Below, piece after piece: positions 10,684-23,201 of a stretch of DNA of 40,475 nt. How positions within the stretch are numbered: position 1 is the stretch's first letter; each line of letters begins with the position of its first letter. The stretch spans positions 1 through 40,475 of the forward strand of contig KZ538931.1 in the NCBI GenBank assembly GCA_000934665.2. The letters run 5' to 3'. A program made the position numbers and the translations under genes. This DNA is from Catajapyx aquilonaris. Lineage: Eukaryota. The notes under the pieces are model-generated. The model ran no database searches. It was not told where the DNA came from and saw only the letters and a list, made by a program, of their open reading frames with translations.

Positions 10684-12077
10684 CCAGAGCCCATCTAGGA
10701 AAACAACATACATACATATACTTCAGTGTGATCCCCCTTTTTTGTGCCCCGATTTGCATCTTTTTTTAGGAGAAAAACTGTATTGTACATAATGTACAAA
10801 TAACAATTTCACCGCCTCAACACCTGTTTTATTATCCCTTGATTTAGATGCAGTGCGGTAAGATTATTATTTTTTTGGAGGAGTTATGTACCGTTGGGGT
10901 GGGAGGTTGGCCAGTTGGGATTTGATGAATGGACTTTGAAGGGGTGAAAGTCAGATAACGTCAGGTAGCACACGCAACCCCAGCCTGCTTCTCCCCCACC
11001 CACGTTCCGTCAGAAAACACTGAGTGATGTTTCAAGGGCTGCTTCAACCCGAGCAGGTCTTCATTTCATGGACGCAATGGGATTTTTAAAGGCGTCAACC
11101 GATTCTAGGTAAACCTCGTTCCCCTGCCTTCCGGAGTGACATGGTGTCATGTGTTATTAGCTGGGATATGGATAGTGTGAGCTGAGATTAAATCCAAGGT
11201 GGCTTTTCCACCCCTTTTACTCCCCCACCATTCCCCCAACCTACCGTTTTTTTTTTTTTCTCCTGGAGGGGTGCCTACGTCATGAAATGGGAGTGTATCC
11301 TAGCAACATGTGAGGGCTGTGCATTTTATTGGCGACTGGCTGCTTAGACCTCAAGGTGCTTGTTTTTTAAAGCCCATTTTCGTACAGTGTTTGCTCCAGT
11401 TCTGTTGTACCATGGACGTATGTGTTGTTGCAATAAAGTTTTTTGATGGAACCTTTTTTTGTATTCGGAATACCTGATCTGCTATATGATGAACAAGGTA
11501 AATAAACATGACGCATATTTTTTCAAGAAGTTACGTACCGATATTGGACTGGCAGGTTCGGTAATGTATAAAACTGGTATTAAGCACTTCATATCTTGTA
11601 ATGGCTAATGATGTTATTTTCCATCAAATTAGTTGAATAGGTTGACAGCAATGTGTACCAAAATTCTTTTAACAATTTGTCAATGCATACTCGCTGAACA
11701 CCAGCAATATAGCGCCACAATCTCAGCACGACAAACCCAGTCGTGGAAAAAAAAATACCTCCTCTTGCTATTGGCCCGCAAGAAAAATCAACATTCTGAG
11801 GGTGTGTGGTGAATGAGTCTGCTTAAAACAAAACCTTAGAAAAATACTAGAGCAGATCTGCGCCTGCTAAGTGCATGCGACGGCCCCACAGTCCAATCCC
11901 AAGCCTGTACCCCCCACCCTCTCCTGCGCACCCTTCCCTCACTCTAGTTTGAAAATATATACAAAAAAAACGCAGGTGAGATTAGCCCTCCAGCAGCGCA
12001 TATATATTCCTAGGAGCTACCACTAGTGAGTTTAGTGAGGTTGTGCTTGTGGCCGTTTTCTTCAGGCTCCTGTGGCC

Positions 12078-15000
12078 ATGGCCGCACGTGTGGCCAAGAG
12101 GGGGAATAACATTCCAGGCCCATCCATAAGAGCCTCCAGGATACCTCCACCATCCGGCCTGGTAAGTTTCATCATATTAATTTAATTTAAAAGGAAAATT
12201 GAGTCGGCACTACACTGTACAAACTGTGATAATAAAAATGTTCCAAGAACGTCAATAGCCCGTACAATAGGACACTGTATGTCTTTTCAATAGATCATCC
12301 AAGGGAAATTTTTGAACCAATTTTTTTTGTATGTCCCCTTATCTATGTCGTGCCGTGCTCAAATAAAACCAGAAATAGGACTCCGACTATTCGCTCAACT
12401 TGAGCACGATTATTGCTCAAAATAAGCCGACGGTCGTTCCCTCAATATTTACGGTATTTAAATATTTAAAAAATATTGTATATTCTCGATATTTATTTAC
12501 AGCTGGTTGATCTTCATGTGTATTTGGTTCCACGTGAGAGATGGTTGGTGTACCGTCGTTTGCCTCGAGTCCAACTAGTGGAGGACACCGTCTCACTAGG
12601 ATTTGTAAGGTGAGTTATTGCTTTTTAAAAAATATTAAAAAATTAAAATAGGATATGACCCAATTGTATTTAAAAAATGAGTCCAATGTGATAAGGGTTC
12701 TTTTCCAACCGTGCTGTTGAAGGAGGGTTTCAAGTACTTGTGGTGGAGAAACGCGACAAGATTTAAGGACAGAAACACGCTAGCGTGATTCAAAGATCGT
12801 TCCACTTCTTTACTAGAGGGGGGTCACCCCTCCCCCCCCCTCCAACCCCACCCTTGAAAATATGCAGATTGGGCTAAGAAGTTTGGGGGGCCTTCAAAAT
12901 CGATACGATTACATATTGCTGTCAGGTAAATGATAGATTGAATAATTATTGTATAGTGCAATACATGGTGCGGCGGACATATTTCGTTGGTACATCGGTA
13001 TAAAAATGTTTGACATGTTTTTAATTTGCTGATTGATGTCGAAAAATGGGCACACTCCAAACGTATGTAACACTTGTCATACCCAAAATTGATTTTTAGA
13101 GGAAAAACCAAACAAGTCATTCTGGAGTGGGGTTTGGTTTAGTGTGACTGTGCGTGACATGGGGGTGGGGTGGGGTCAAAAAAATTCTGAAAATCATGAT
13201 GCACTTTATGATGTCCTAAACATGTTCCTTAATCTAACCTGCAATAAGCTGTCCTGAATTAACTATGAACAATTTTGAGCAATTTTCTCGAAAAAAAAAA
13301 TCACCCCGAATGAAACCAATGTCTGGGTCGAAATATCGCCAAACTTTTTTGCATTTTCTTAAAAACGACTTTGACCCGGATGGAACCCCCGAGTGGGTGA
13401 AGTGACCTGATTTTGAACGCGTGCGGATTGTTGTAATAACCAACGACAATCTAATAAATAGGACGTTGATAAGCCAAAGAGGACCCTTTACAGAGAATAG
13501 GGGTGGCGAAATGGTGATTAATGCCCATGTCACAGAAGCACCAATTACTCAGTCATGCAAACCCACCATTTACTAAACAGCAAAATACTCTGACCCAAAA
13601 TGCAGATGAAGAGATCTAAGAGGTCATTACGTGTCAACGGGGTCATTAAGAACGTTATTGAGGATAGTGCCCTTACAAGAAAGTCGTACTTGCACAATGT
13701 TTCTCGGAAAATCAAGGGCACCTTTTGACTCATATGCCAAGGTCGGGCTTACAATTACGCAATGGTGTATACAACTGGGAATTCCAAAGACCCTTTTTTT
13801 GTGGTGTACCTGAGGGGGGGATCAAACACCGTGGGAACATACTCCCTGACACGGATTGAGCCAATATTATCGACTAGCAAAGTAGACAAGAAGCAGTCAC
13901 TCCGGATCTGTCGGTCAGATCACACCTTTGGAACATCGCTGATTTTGTGTGTGGTATTACAGGGTGATACCACACTTGAGCATCTTCAGCCTCCGACGAG
14001 AACTGGGCTCTCAGCTAGGTCCAGATCTGCTTCCGAGAGACTACATCTTCATACGTTGTGTCGGTCGCAACTTCGCTCAGGTAGGTCATACCTAGTCATA
14101 CCATGTACCGGTACAAGCACGTATCTCCAACAGGTAAAACCCCGTCAAGAGCGTGAACTCAAAGTAAAGAACTTCCTCCCGCCATACGCACACGACCCCG
14201 AAATCTTCATATTGGAACTTTTGCCATACGACGACCTAACCGGCGTCGGTGTCATACCGGGCGTACCATCAGGTGTGGTACCACTCCCTCCGTTGGACCG
14301 CTGCGAGGTGTCAGCCGTGGACGCTCTGGATCTACACCCACGATGCAAGCATGGCCGCGCCCGAAGGAGTAAGCTTCCTTCTATATTACCATCCCTTATC
14401 ACAAAACGCCCTGCGACATCCTATGGATATCTCCACTGGATATTTCGATATCCATAGGATGTCACTGTGCTACATGCATCTACATGTTTATAGGCAGGGT
14501 ATTTCTGAAACGTATGTTGCATGCGAAACATGCGACATTTTCACATCAAAACGTAGAAAATTGCAGATGAGGTTTTTTTTTCATAATAACTAGTGGTGGG
14601 AATGATAACCCAAATAGGTGGTAGTAGATACAGAGTAGTAGCTTTGCAATTGCGGCTGCCTGCTTACCCCCCTAGGCTGGGCATGCCCCTTCTGGATGCC
14701 CCCTACTTCCCCGACACCCCCGCCGACTCCGCCGGCAACGTCCCCGACATCTCAACATCTCTTGTTGTCCACTCCATCGTCCTCTCCAACCCCATTGCCA
14801 ACCACACCATTCCCCGGGTTGTCCCAAGCCCCGGATGTCCCGGGACAGCAGCCGCAACAGCAGCTGGACCAACTGCCATTGCCCTCACCAGAAGACAAGG
14901 AGGCCTCTTGGCCATCACCTGCTTCATGGCCCACCATCTCCATGGACGACTCAGGTTTCGTTCCAAGCCCCCCTGCTTTCGTCCAAGGGCCGCCCCCGGC

Positions 15001-18000
15001 CTTCGTCTCCGGGCCACCCCCGCCCTTCTGCCTCGCCTGTCTCAGCCTCACCACCAACATGTGAGTACTTTCTTGTATCACTCAATTTTTTAAAAAAGAA
15101 ACAAATATAACAATTCAATTTTTGAACAATGCACTGTACAAAACGGGGTTTAAGAACTTCCCGGTTCTGCTATACTAAACCCTTCCGCGTACCGTTAAAA
15201 AGAGGTATTAAAACTGATAAGCTGACACTGATGACGAGCATACATTTCCGTACGCAATCTGTGACGTAAATTGACAGATATTTTTATCCGGGTTGTAGAT
15301 AAAAACATGTTTGTACACTACCCACTTTAAATGGGCTGGTTAAAAAAGCATCGATTATGCATGAGCTGATAGTGTGATCCATGATAATTATACGACATAC
15401 ATCTGATGAATTTTTGAACAACTAATGAAATGTAATAGATTTTAGCGTGTGACAATATTAAAAATGGCAAATTAATGTTGAATTAATCCGGGATTTTATT
15501 TTTAAAATTTTCCTCTCCGCTACCTATATATCAAGTGTGATGAAAATTGTCCTGCGCGTAACTAATGTTAACGTCGTCTAACACAATGCAAGAGACCTAT
15601 TGAACACCACATCCTGGATATAAGTCATCTTACGTAATTCAAGTTTCGACAGTGCATACAACGCAGTGTAAACATTTCAACCTTTTCACACATTCTAATG
15701 ATTAATTGTTCCCCACATACAAGTTGTCGCTTAAACCATAATATTCAACGACTAATTAGCAGCATGAAGCACCAGATGTGGAGCCTATTTTTACTGCAAG
15801 TAGGCACAGAGATATGACAATTTCGAGGAAAAAATTCCTTATATATCCACCCTAATCTAATCGGCCAATCAGAAGGGGCGCTAGCATTACATTTCTCTAG
15901 AAATGTCGGAAAGGCCAGCCCCGAAATCTGTGTTACGTTACTGGGTTGGGTCCGACCTAATTAACGAGTCACGTAACCCTTCGTCAAACGAATATAAAAT
16001 TGCTTGACCTGACGAGAACGCATTTCCTGATAGAAAATGGCCACCATCTAGGCCTCACCCCTCCATGTCATTAGCCTACTTGATGTGAATCTAACAGCCT
16101 CCCCATCATACAAAATGGAGGGGGGGGGGGGACCTCCTTTTTTCTAACCTAACGTGAGTTACATGCGCCACGTGTGATTGGTGGGGTCAACCACACGCCA
16201 CAGGAAATCCTTTTGGCCCCAATGGCTGACCCCCCAGGGCTACTTCACCCAACATAAATGTCACCTTTGTAGCCTACATCTAAATCATCTTGGTATTCTG
16301 TGGGGGATTGGATAGAATGAGTTCATGCCAACAGTTGACAAGTGGTCACCAAATAGTAAGGGAATTCTAGAGCAGCGGTTCCTAAAGTGGGTTCCACGGA
16401 AGGGTTCCTTACATTTTCATAAAGGTTTTGATAAATGGTTCTAATAAATAATTCTTATTTGTAACTGTAGATTGTTTAATTTGAAGTCAATTACTAGTTG
16501 AAGTCAATTACTAGTTGAAGTCAATTACTAGTTAAATTTTCATTTGGTGTTGGGGTTCGTTAAAGGTTCCGCTGTTCTAGAGAAAACACCTGCTGAACTT
16601 ACAAGGTGATTTCAGGTGTGCAAGGTTAGGACGACATCTTGATATTAATCGTCGTCTGCGAAAACTCCCACATGCTCCAAGTCAGTGACCTAGTCCAAGT
16701 CAGTGACCACATTGATCTATACTTGAACTTTCTCTGACTATAAAAGCAATTTACTTCTCGAACCCTCAAGTCCCACGAATCGTCACGACTTTTTCACTCA
16801 TTAAGAATAGACAATATGGGGACATTATCCTCAACAGGAAGTCACACATATGCTGGCAGTCGTTGAACCAGGTATTTTACAACAGTTGCTGGAAATGGTC
16901 AGTTGCCAAGTTTGCCAAGTTGGCCCATCAGCAATTAGTTAGCTTCTGAAGTTCCCTTGACCTGGAACACAAAAAATGGGTTTCTTGCATAATGTTCGTA
17001 TTTAATCACCTATGTCATAACACCCCCATGCATTATCTATCTATGCCAAAAAAAAATGGCACGTAATTTGGCGCATGGTGTCCAGACTGTACGTGTTTGG
17101 TGTTTATGGTGCACAGCAGTAAATCTTGTCGTTGTGGGGGGGGTAGTCCTTGCGAGGGCCTCATTTTGTGCTCACGTGAGGGATGGAAACCTAAGAGTCA
17201 ACATGCAACTTCCTCTCGCGCGTTCCACATTTCGACTTCGGGGGACTCCAACATCCAGACCTATACTTCTCTACCACTTTGTTGCCACGTGATTGGACCT
17301 ATGAAATTGACGTTCCTCCAAATTTGGTCAAGGACGGGTCCTGTCTCCTGTGTGTTGGGGGTATTAACTCTACTTGAGAGAGTTTTGGGTATCCTTTAGG
17401 TTTAATTATGCGGTGGGATCTGAATCATAAAAATCGATTTTTTAAAAGCAAGGTCGGAGTGTATACGTTTATAAACCAGGGCCTGATAACTATAGCGGCT
17501 TGAATGGGACCATGGAGGCCATTGTTATGCAACGATAGAGGCGCGTAGTTTGGCGGTTCAAGGTCGATTTAATTTATCGTTTTTTTGGGGGAAATCAAAT
17601 GTCTGGAGTTCCATGCCCTGGAAAAGTTTGAGAGAACAACAGCCTAATTTGTCAACCCAACTGATTATGTAATGAGGGCACCTTCAGCTTTATTTTTGAG
17701 GACACTATGTCGCAGTCTGTACAGGATCGGACTATTATTTACAAATCCCTGCCACGTGATGCTAAAATCAATAAGGGCCGCAATTAATTTACGTCGATTA
17801 CAACATCCAGCGGTAATCACAAACTCTCTACATTTCAGAGTAACCCGATCGGTCGGCGAAGACGACCAGCTACGTGGCAAGGGCATGGCCGCAGTACCAT
17901 CAGCTAAAGAAATGCAAATGCTGTGGGGGCTGGTCGGGAATCCACCATGGGCACTGATCAACCCACCATTCCAAGAGAATCCTCAGGCTGTTGAGCCCAT

Positions 18001-21000
18001 GCGGACTGAAGAGGGTACTGGAACTGAGCGTCTGGTACGCGGATCTGAAGATACCGCGGAGAAGAGTGCACCATTGCAGCCTATGTTCACCTCACTGATG
18101 GCTCGAGATAGGTTGAACATGATGTATGCTAACACCAGTGGAGATTACGCTTATCCTGAAGGACTCAGCGGAGAGACAACACACACGTGTCTTAGTGGGG
18201 AGTCCACCATTTGTGACGGACAGAGTGGGGAGTCCACGTTTCCTGGGGGACTAGACGTGACATTCCCTGGTACACTGGCTAGGGAATTAGCATCGTACAC
18301 TATAGGGGACGTGAAACATCCTGAAGGACGCAGAGGAGACGTGAAATACCCTGAGGGACACAGAGACGTGAAATACCCTGAGGGACGCAGAGGAGACGTG
18401 AAATATCCTGAGGGACGCAGAGGAGACGTGAAATACCCTGCGGAACTGACCGAAGACACATTCCCGGGAAGATTGGCCAGGGTAGTAGCACCGTACCCTA
18501 GAAGGGACGTAAAATATCCTGAGAGGCTCAGCGGAGAAGAGACATTTACAGCTGCACTGGCCAAGGAAATGACATCGTACCGCAAAGGGGACGTAAAATA
18601 TCCTGAGAGACTCACTGTCAGTGGAGAAGAGACATTTACGGCTGCACTGGCCCGAGAAATGACATCGTTCCCTGAAGGGGACGTGAAATATCCCGAAGGA
18701 TTTAGTGGAGAGTTGATGTACCGTAGCGGAATAGAGGAAGATATTACTTTCCTTGGAGGGCTCAGTGGAGATATGTTTCCTGAAGGATTGAGCGGGGAGA
18801 CAATTTCTGAAGGATTCAGTGGAGATGTAATGTACCTTGATGACCTGCCATTCACAGGTCAGATTGGCGAAATGTCTCTCCCTCTCGGCCAAGGGGGGCA
18901 GAAGAGGACTGAAAAGCGGAAGGGAGAAATACCTGCAGGTCAAAGGGGCGAAATTGTTTATCGAACAGTGCCAATGCGACGTATGTCTTCGGAAGAACCT
19001 GTGAGAGAGGCAACGTTTGCTGGAGGAAGACGGGGAGAAATGAAGTTCCAGGAGCGACCTAGGGGTGAAAGAACTCTTCCTGGACCTACAGGGAGGGAAA
19101 TGGCAATTCCCAAGGAACTAAGAAGAGCCAAGACGTATCCCGAAGAAAATAAAGGAGAAGCTACGTACCCGGTGGAATTAGCCGCACAGTACAAATATCC
19201 AGAGAGCCTTAATCAAATTGGAGAGGCGATGTTTCCCGTGGAACCAAAGGGAGACCAACGGGGAGATTATGCATTTTATCAGGGCCAAAGTGGCAAATTA
19301 TACTCATTTTACAGAGGCCCTGGAGGAACATACTCCTTTTATGGGGGTCAAAAAGGCCAATACCGCTATGCATTTCGTCGAGGACAAGGTGGCCAACAAG
19401 TTCTTCCTCAAGCACAAACTGAACAATCAAAAGTCTCAGATGGTCAAAGCGGAGATGCGACAGGTCCTACTGGTCCTAGTGGTGAGGAAACTTTTCCTGA
19501 AGGGCAGATTGACGAGTATCCTGACCCCAATGACTCGATCGAAGGGGAGCCTGCTAGTGGTGGGTCGGGGGTCAAAGGCAGCATCGGAGAACAGACGGAA
19601 CAGACTAGGGATTACGCTAGTCAAGTGCAAATCGTAACAAAAAGTAAGACAAATGCTGCAGGACAACTTCACCATATTAGTTGACACCCTTTGCCTTGTC
19701 CTGACACTGGTTTTACCATTCCCACTCAAATTGTAAGGCAGCAAACAGGGAGCAGTGGCTATAGGCCTCGATAGCTGGGTTCTGGGGCTGACTAACCAGC
19801 CTGTAGTGGAGGGTAAAGGCACGCAATGGTTCGAAAGTAGAATTTGCGTTGCATTTTCATGTTGTCAATGACTTCTCTGGGGCCAGCAGAGGTAAGTACC
19901 TATATAGTGAAGTCACATCGGTCTAGAGGAGCACTTCTGATTCAGAGAGGCCATGACTAACCTGTTGATGCAAAGTCAAATCGCATTGCATCTCTTTTTA
20001 TCACTGTTCTCATGAATGCTTTATCACAATTCATTTGCAGGAGAGAGGCTCCTGGCTGAGTTGTCGGACGTGGTCCAAGGAAGGCAAGCAGCCGAGCTCC
20101 GCCGCGCCGAATTGGTGGACAGGGCCAACGATCTTTATGGTCAAGTCAGAGAAAAGCGTGACAGGCTCACACAGGTATGTGCGTAATATGGTTTATATTG
20201 TCGATTTCTCTGTGTGTTTCTTCCTTTCACTATTTGAGCAATATTCATCAGTAGATACGCTTTTTTTGCTACTTTTCTCAGAGGGCTGTCTATCGGCATG
20301 GAGCTAGGTGTTACGAGCCGTTCTTTTATCAGTGAATCACACATTATCAGTTTAAAATTCAGTCTCAGTAAGTGCACCGGTTGAAGTGCGGTTCAGTCGA
20401 GGAGTAATCGGTAGTGGAAATAATGTTAACAACACAAGGTAATGTAATAGTTGATGGCAATAAATATTGTGTAGCTATTAGTTGTCATTTTTCTTGTTAA
20501 TTGCAGGGATTTTTACGTGACTCAGTTCAAGTATAATTTTTCCACGACAAAGTTGCGCCACACACGACACTCGGCAATGCAATTCCAAGCATTGATGATC
20601 AAGCCAGAAAAAAAACCCCCAGATGTAGGCTAGTTACGGTACATTCTCTCTGCAACTCCATACCGCCCCCAATGCCCCATGCATACCTGCCACTAATCCT
20701 AATCCTCCGGTTCGCGTGTTCGCAAAAGGACACGAAATTCCTGCCGCTTGGCCTTGGCTCTTTGCCGACGGCCTCTAGCACGAGAGGAAATAGGGAAGGT
20801 AAACTCCCTCCCCACAAGCAATCCTCCGCCCCCACCTCGCAAGTCAAACGCACAAGATACAACGGTCCTGCATACTGGCAACCTAACTCCCCCAACGACC
20901 AACGCCATCAAACATGGCTGCCACGCGGCGGTTCGTGTCCGCCTGACGATTTATGTCGCCCAGAAAACGAGCCCGGGGAAACGGATTTATAATACCTGCA

Positions 21001-23201
21001 TATAACCAGAAAGGTATTGCGCGGCAGAGTCAGATAAACCGCATGAAATGTTGATCCCGGTTTGATCGAAGACCTACGAACATCGACTAATAGATCAGTA
21101 GCCTGGCTTTCACGGAATGCTTAGAAGGGGCGGGTCGTGATGCCATTCGTGCTCTTTTCTTCAGACACGGCAGCCTTCACACCTCTTTTTCTCTCTTTTT
21201 CATATCTGCCCCCCTTTTCGGCCTCACCTCCTTGCAAAGCCACTATTACACCCTGTAGCTGGCCTATAAATTCATAAATCCAGAATGGCGTGTGGCGAGA
21301 TGTGGAGCCCCCCGTAGACCTAATGAGCACAAGCGGATTTCGTAAGGGGGCATTTCTGGCAATCGCGGTTCTTGATTGTATACCCCGAGCTGTAAAATTG
21401 TTGTCAAGCCGGTGAATATGAGGGCGGGTAGACATAATGCCATGGCCACTTCTATATGCAAGGCCTGCTCGAGGTGTAGGTAATTTCAGCCAGGGGAGCG
21501 CAACGTGAGGTTCAATTTCCGGTACCAAATGTACCTGTGACACGTGACAACACTAAATCATTATTTCGTGACGGGGGGGAAAAAAAACTGACCTGTCGTT
21601 TATCCTGACGGTGAAACTACCCAAGAGCCTCTCTTGCGCAGAGAACAGACTAACTCCCAGGATAAATTCAGAGTGAGTTTTTAAAACTTTGAGACAAGAG
21701 TTGGTTATCGATATTTGAAGAAAAGCCATTTCTAATGTGAAATATTTCTGGGCACATACACATTTAGAATACTAAAGTGCTGGAATATGGATTCTCCCGA
21801 GAGCAAGGTGTTGCATCCTATTTTCTACTTCCTTATCGTACTTCTACACTAGCCAAAGACTCTCTTCAGTTACTTTTAACCACTATTTCCTGCAATGGCT
21901 GCAGCTATTTATAAACTACCGCGCTCACAACTTACACTTACTACAACACTTGTACAAAGAATTTACACACTTAAATACGGAGGCTGTAAAGCATTGTTAA
22001 AAATCCTCCAACTATTGCACAAACATTGGGCATGGGGGTCAACAAGTGAGTACACCAACAAGATCCACACAGGTTTGGATACTCTCTCTCTCTCTAATCC
22101 TTCTATCTTTATTCTATGCTCTTGCACAAATGGCAACTTAATGCAGCATTTGTTTATGTAAATCTTAGTGAGTGCATATAACTTGGCATTAATAGTGAAT
22201 TTGACTAAATTTCAGCAACATGAGCGATGGCGCCAGAAATACGTTGAAGAGTTGACCGGCACCCGTCCCCTTGAAGACACCTGCACCACTCTACGTGCTG
22301 AGCTGAATACTTTGCACCGGAGGTTGCTGGCTCACCTGGAAGGACGTGACTTGCCTCTCCGAGTAAGGGATGGGCCCTCCAAGAAAGCTAACTACAAGAT
22401 TACGGCTGCCAGGTTACAGCATGAGATTAAGGACCTGCAACAGAAGGTCAAGACTGCCAAGCTGCGACTTGATTCAGAAAGCAAGGTCAGTTGGTCACAT
22501 ATTGACCATAGATCATATTGACATTTATCATTGGAGCATCATTACTCATTAGCATTCTGCCTGCCTTTAATTATGAGTAGGCAAATCAATTTTCCCTCTT
22601 CTATGTCCTCTCCTTCACACCAAAACTGGTAGAACGAAGTAGCTTTCATAATATATTAGTAGTATAATGAATTGCAGAAACAAAAAATGTTCTCACCGCA
22701 GGGATAATCAGGCAGAACGTCCATGTATGGAAAGTCAAAGCTACATTCTTATCAATGTTATAGAAGATTTTTATAACTGAGGAGCGGCAAAGCAAAACCC
22801 GCAAGATCCAATGTTGGCGGGAAGCGAGTTAGGCATGGCATATTGTCCATCACATAGGGTGTGATGCGGTGTTAAAAGCTGCTCGGGCAAAATGTGTTAG
22901 TTCCATAGTATATGAGCCCAAAAACTGTCGATTCATGCAAATACCGCAAGATCCAGCAGCATAGTGCAAGCAAAACCAGCAAGATCTATAGAAAAGTTTG
23001 TGATGGATCTTGCGGGTTTTGTTTTATTGCACTGATTATTCAACATAATTATTCTCTTTATTTCAGCTTAAGAGTCAGGCTGTCAGGGAAGTACGTGACC
23101 TGCGTAATGAGCTGTCCCAGAAGAAAGCAGTCTTCTCTGTGGCTAGATCACATCAAGTGGCTGCATACGGATGGAGCCGTGACCCCCTGGGCATATACTG
23201 A
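12078..23201 (+). CDS. SPATA1: Spermatogenesis-associated protein 1-like, ~1090 aa, with a large central Pro-rich and repeat insertion
   Basis: Exons 12078-12161, 12503-12609, 13963-14080, 14134-14368, 14676-15060, 17839-19643, 20041-20174, 22216-22485, 23067-23201; all GT-AG and in phase, 3273 nt. N-terminal LVDLHVYLVP...SLGFVRVIPHLS...YIFIRCVGRNFAQVKPRQERELKVKNFLPPYAHDPEIFIL and C-terminal coiled coil (WRQKY...LLAHLEGRD...QAVREVRDLRNELSQKK) match recalled SPATA1 N- and C-terminal domains. Probable non-coding first exon with a donor at 11976; AATAAA at 23622. Confidence 0.85.
13300..13725 (+). mobile_element. Possible degenerate Mutator-like (MULE) transposase fragment
   Basis: Interrupted translation RSTNYSVMQTHHLLNSKI...VIKNVIEDSALTRKSYLHNVSRKI resembles the RTNNxxExxHxxLN and C-terminal YL motifs; stop codons are present. 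Confidence 0.3.
16055..16336 (+). ncRNA. Speculative structured ncRNA (telomerase-RNA-like candidate) in a SPATA1 intron
   Basis: T6 followed by CTAACCTAAC (16144-16153), a possible pseudoknot, and an H/ACA-like 3' arrangement; see findings. Confidence 0.2.
16373..16574. mobile_element. hAT (Charlie-like) MITE containing a 17-bp x3 tandem repeat
   Basis: CAGCGGTTCC...GGTTCCGCTG with 8-bp TSD TTCTAGAG (16365-16372 and 16575-16582); TTGAAGTCAATTACTAG x3 at 16481-16531. Confidence 0.85.
18305..18720 (+). repeat. Coding repeats GDVKYPEGRR (30 bp) and longer DVKYPE...SGEETFTAALA units within the large SPATA1 exon
   Basis: GACGT(G/A)AA(A)(T/C)A(T/C)CC recurs eight times between 18308 and 18693. 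Confidence 0.9.
22789..23025. mobile_element. MITE-like inverted repeat in the last SPATA1 intron
   Basis: AAAGCAAAACCCGCAAGATCCA pairs with TGGATCTTGCGGGTTTTGTTTT; internal direct copies of GCAAGATC at about 22946 and 22979. Confidence 0.55.

Noticed and set aside
10681..11120. TGA-C stop of DNAJC2 as readthrough or selenocysteine, with a SECIS-like stem near 11070
   Set aside because: Only four codons follow before TAG, the protein ends at the expected C-terminus, and there is no canonical AUGA/GA SECIS core.
16009..16040. CTGACGA...GAAA as a hammerhead ribozyme core
   Set aside because: GAAA does not directly follow a stem II, and flanking stems I and III cannot be built.
17672..19684. 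670-aa ORF as a standalone intronless gene
   Set aside because: It is better explained as an internal SPATA1 exon: the acceptor at 17838 and donor at 19644 match the phases of the neighbouring exons.
20599..21543. Several 65-140 aa ORFs in a SPATA1 intron
   Set aside because: No motifs or convincing splice structure; expected in locally GC-rich sequence.
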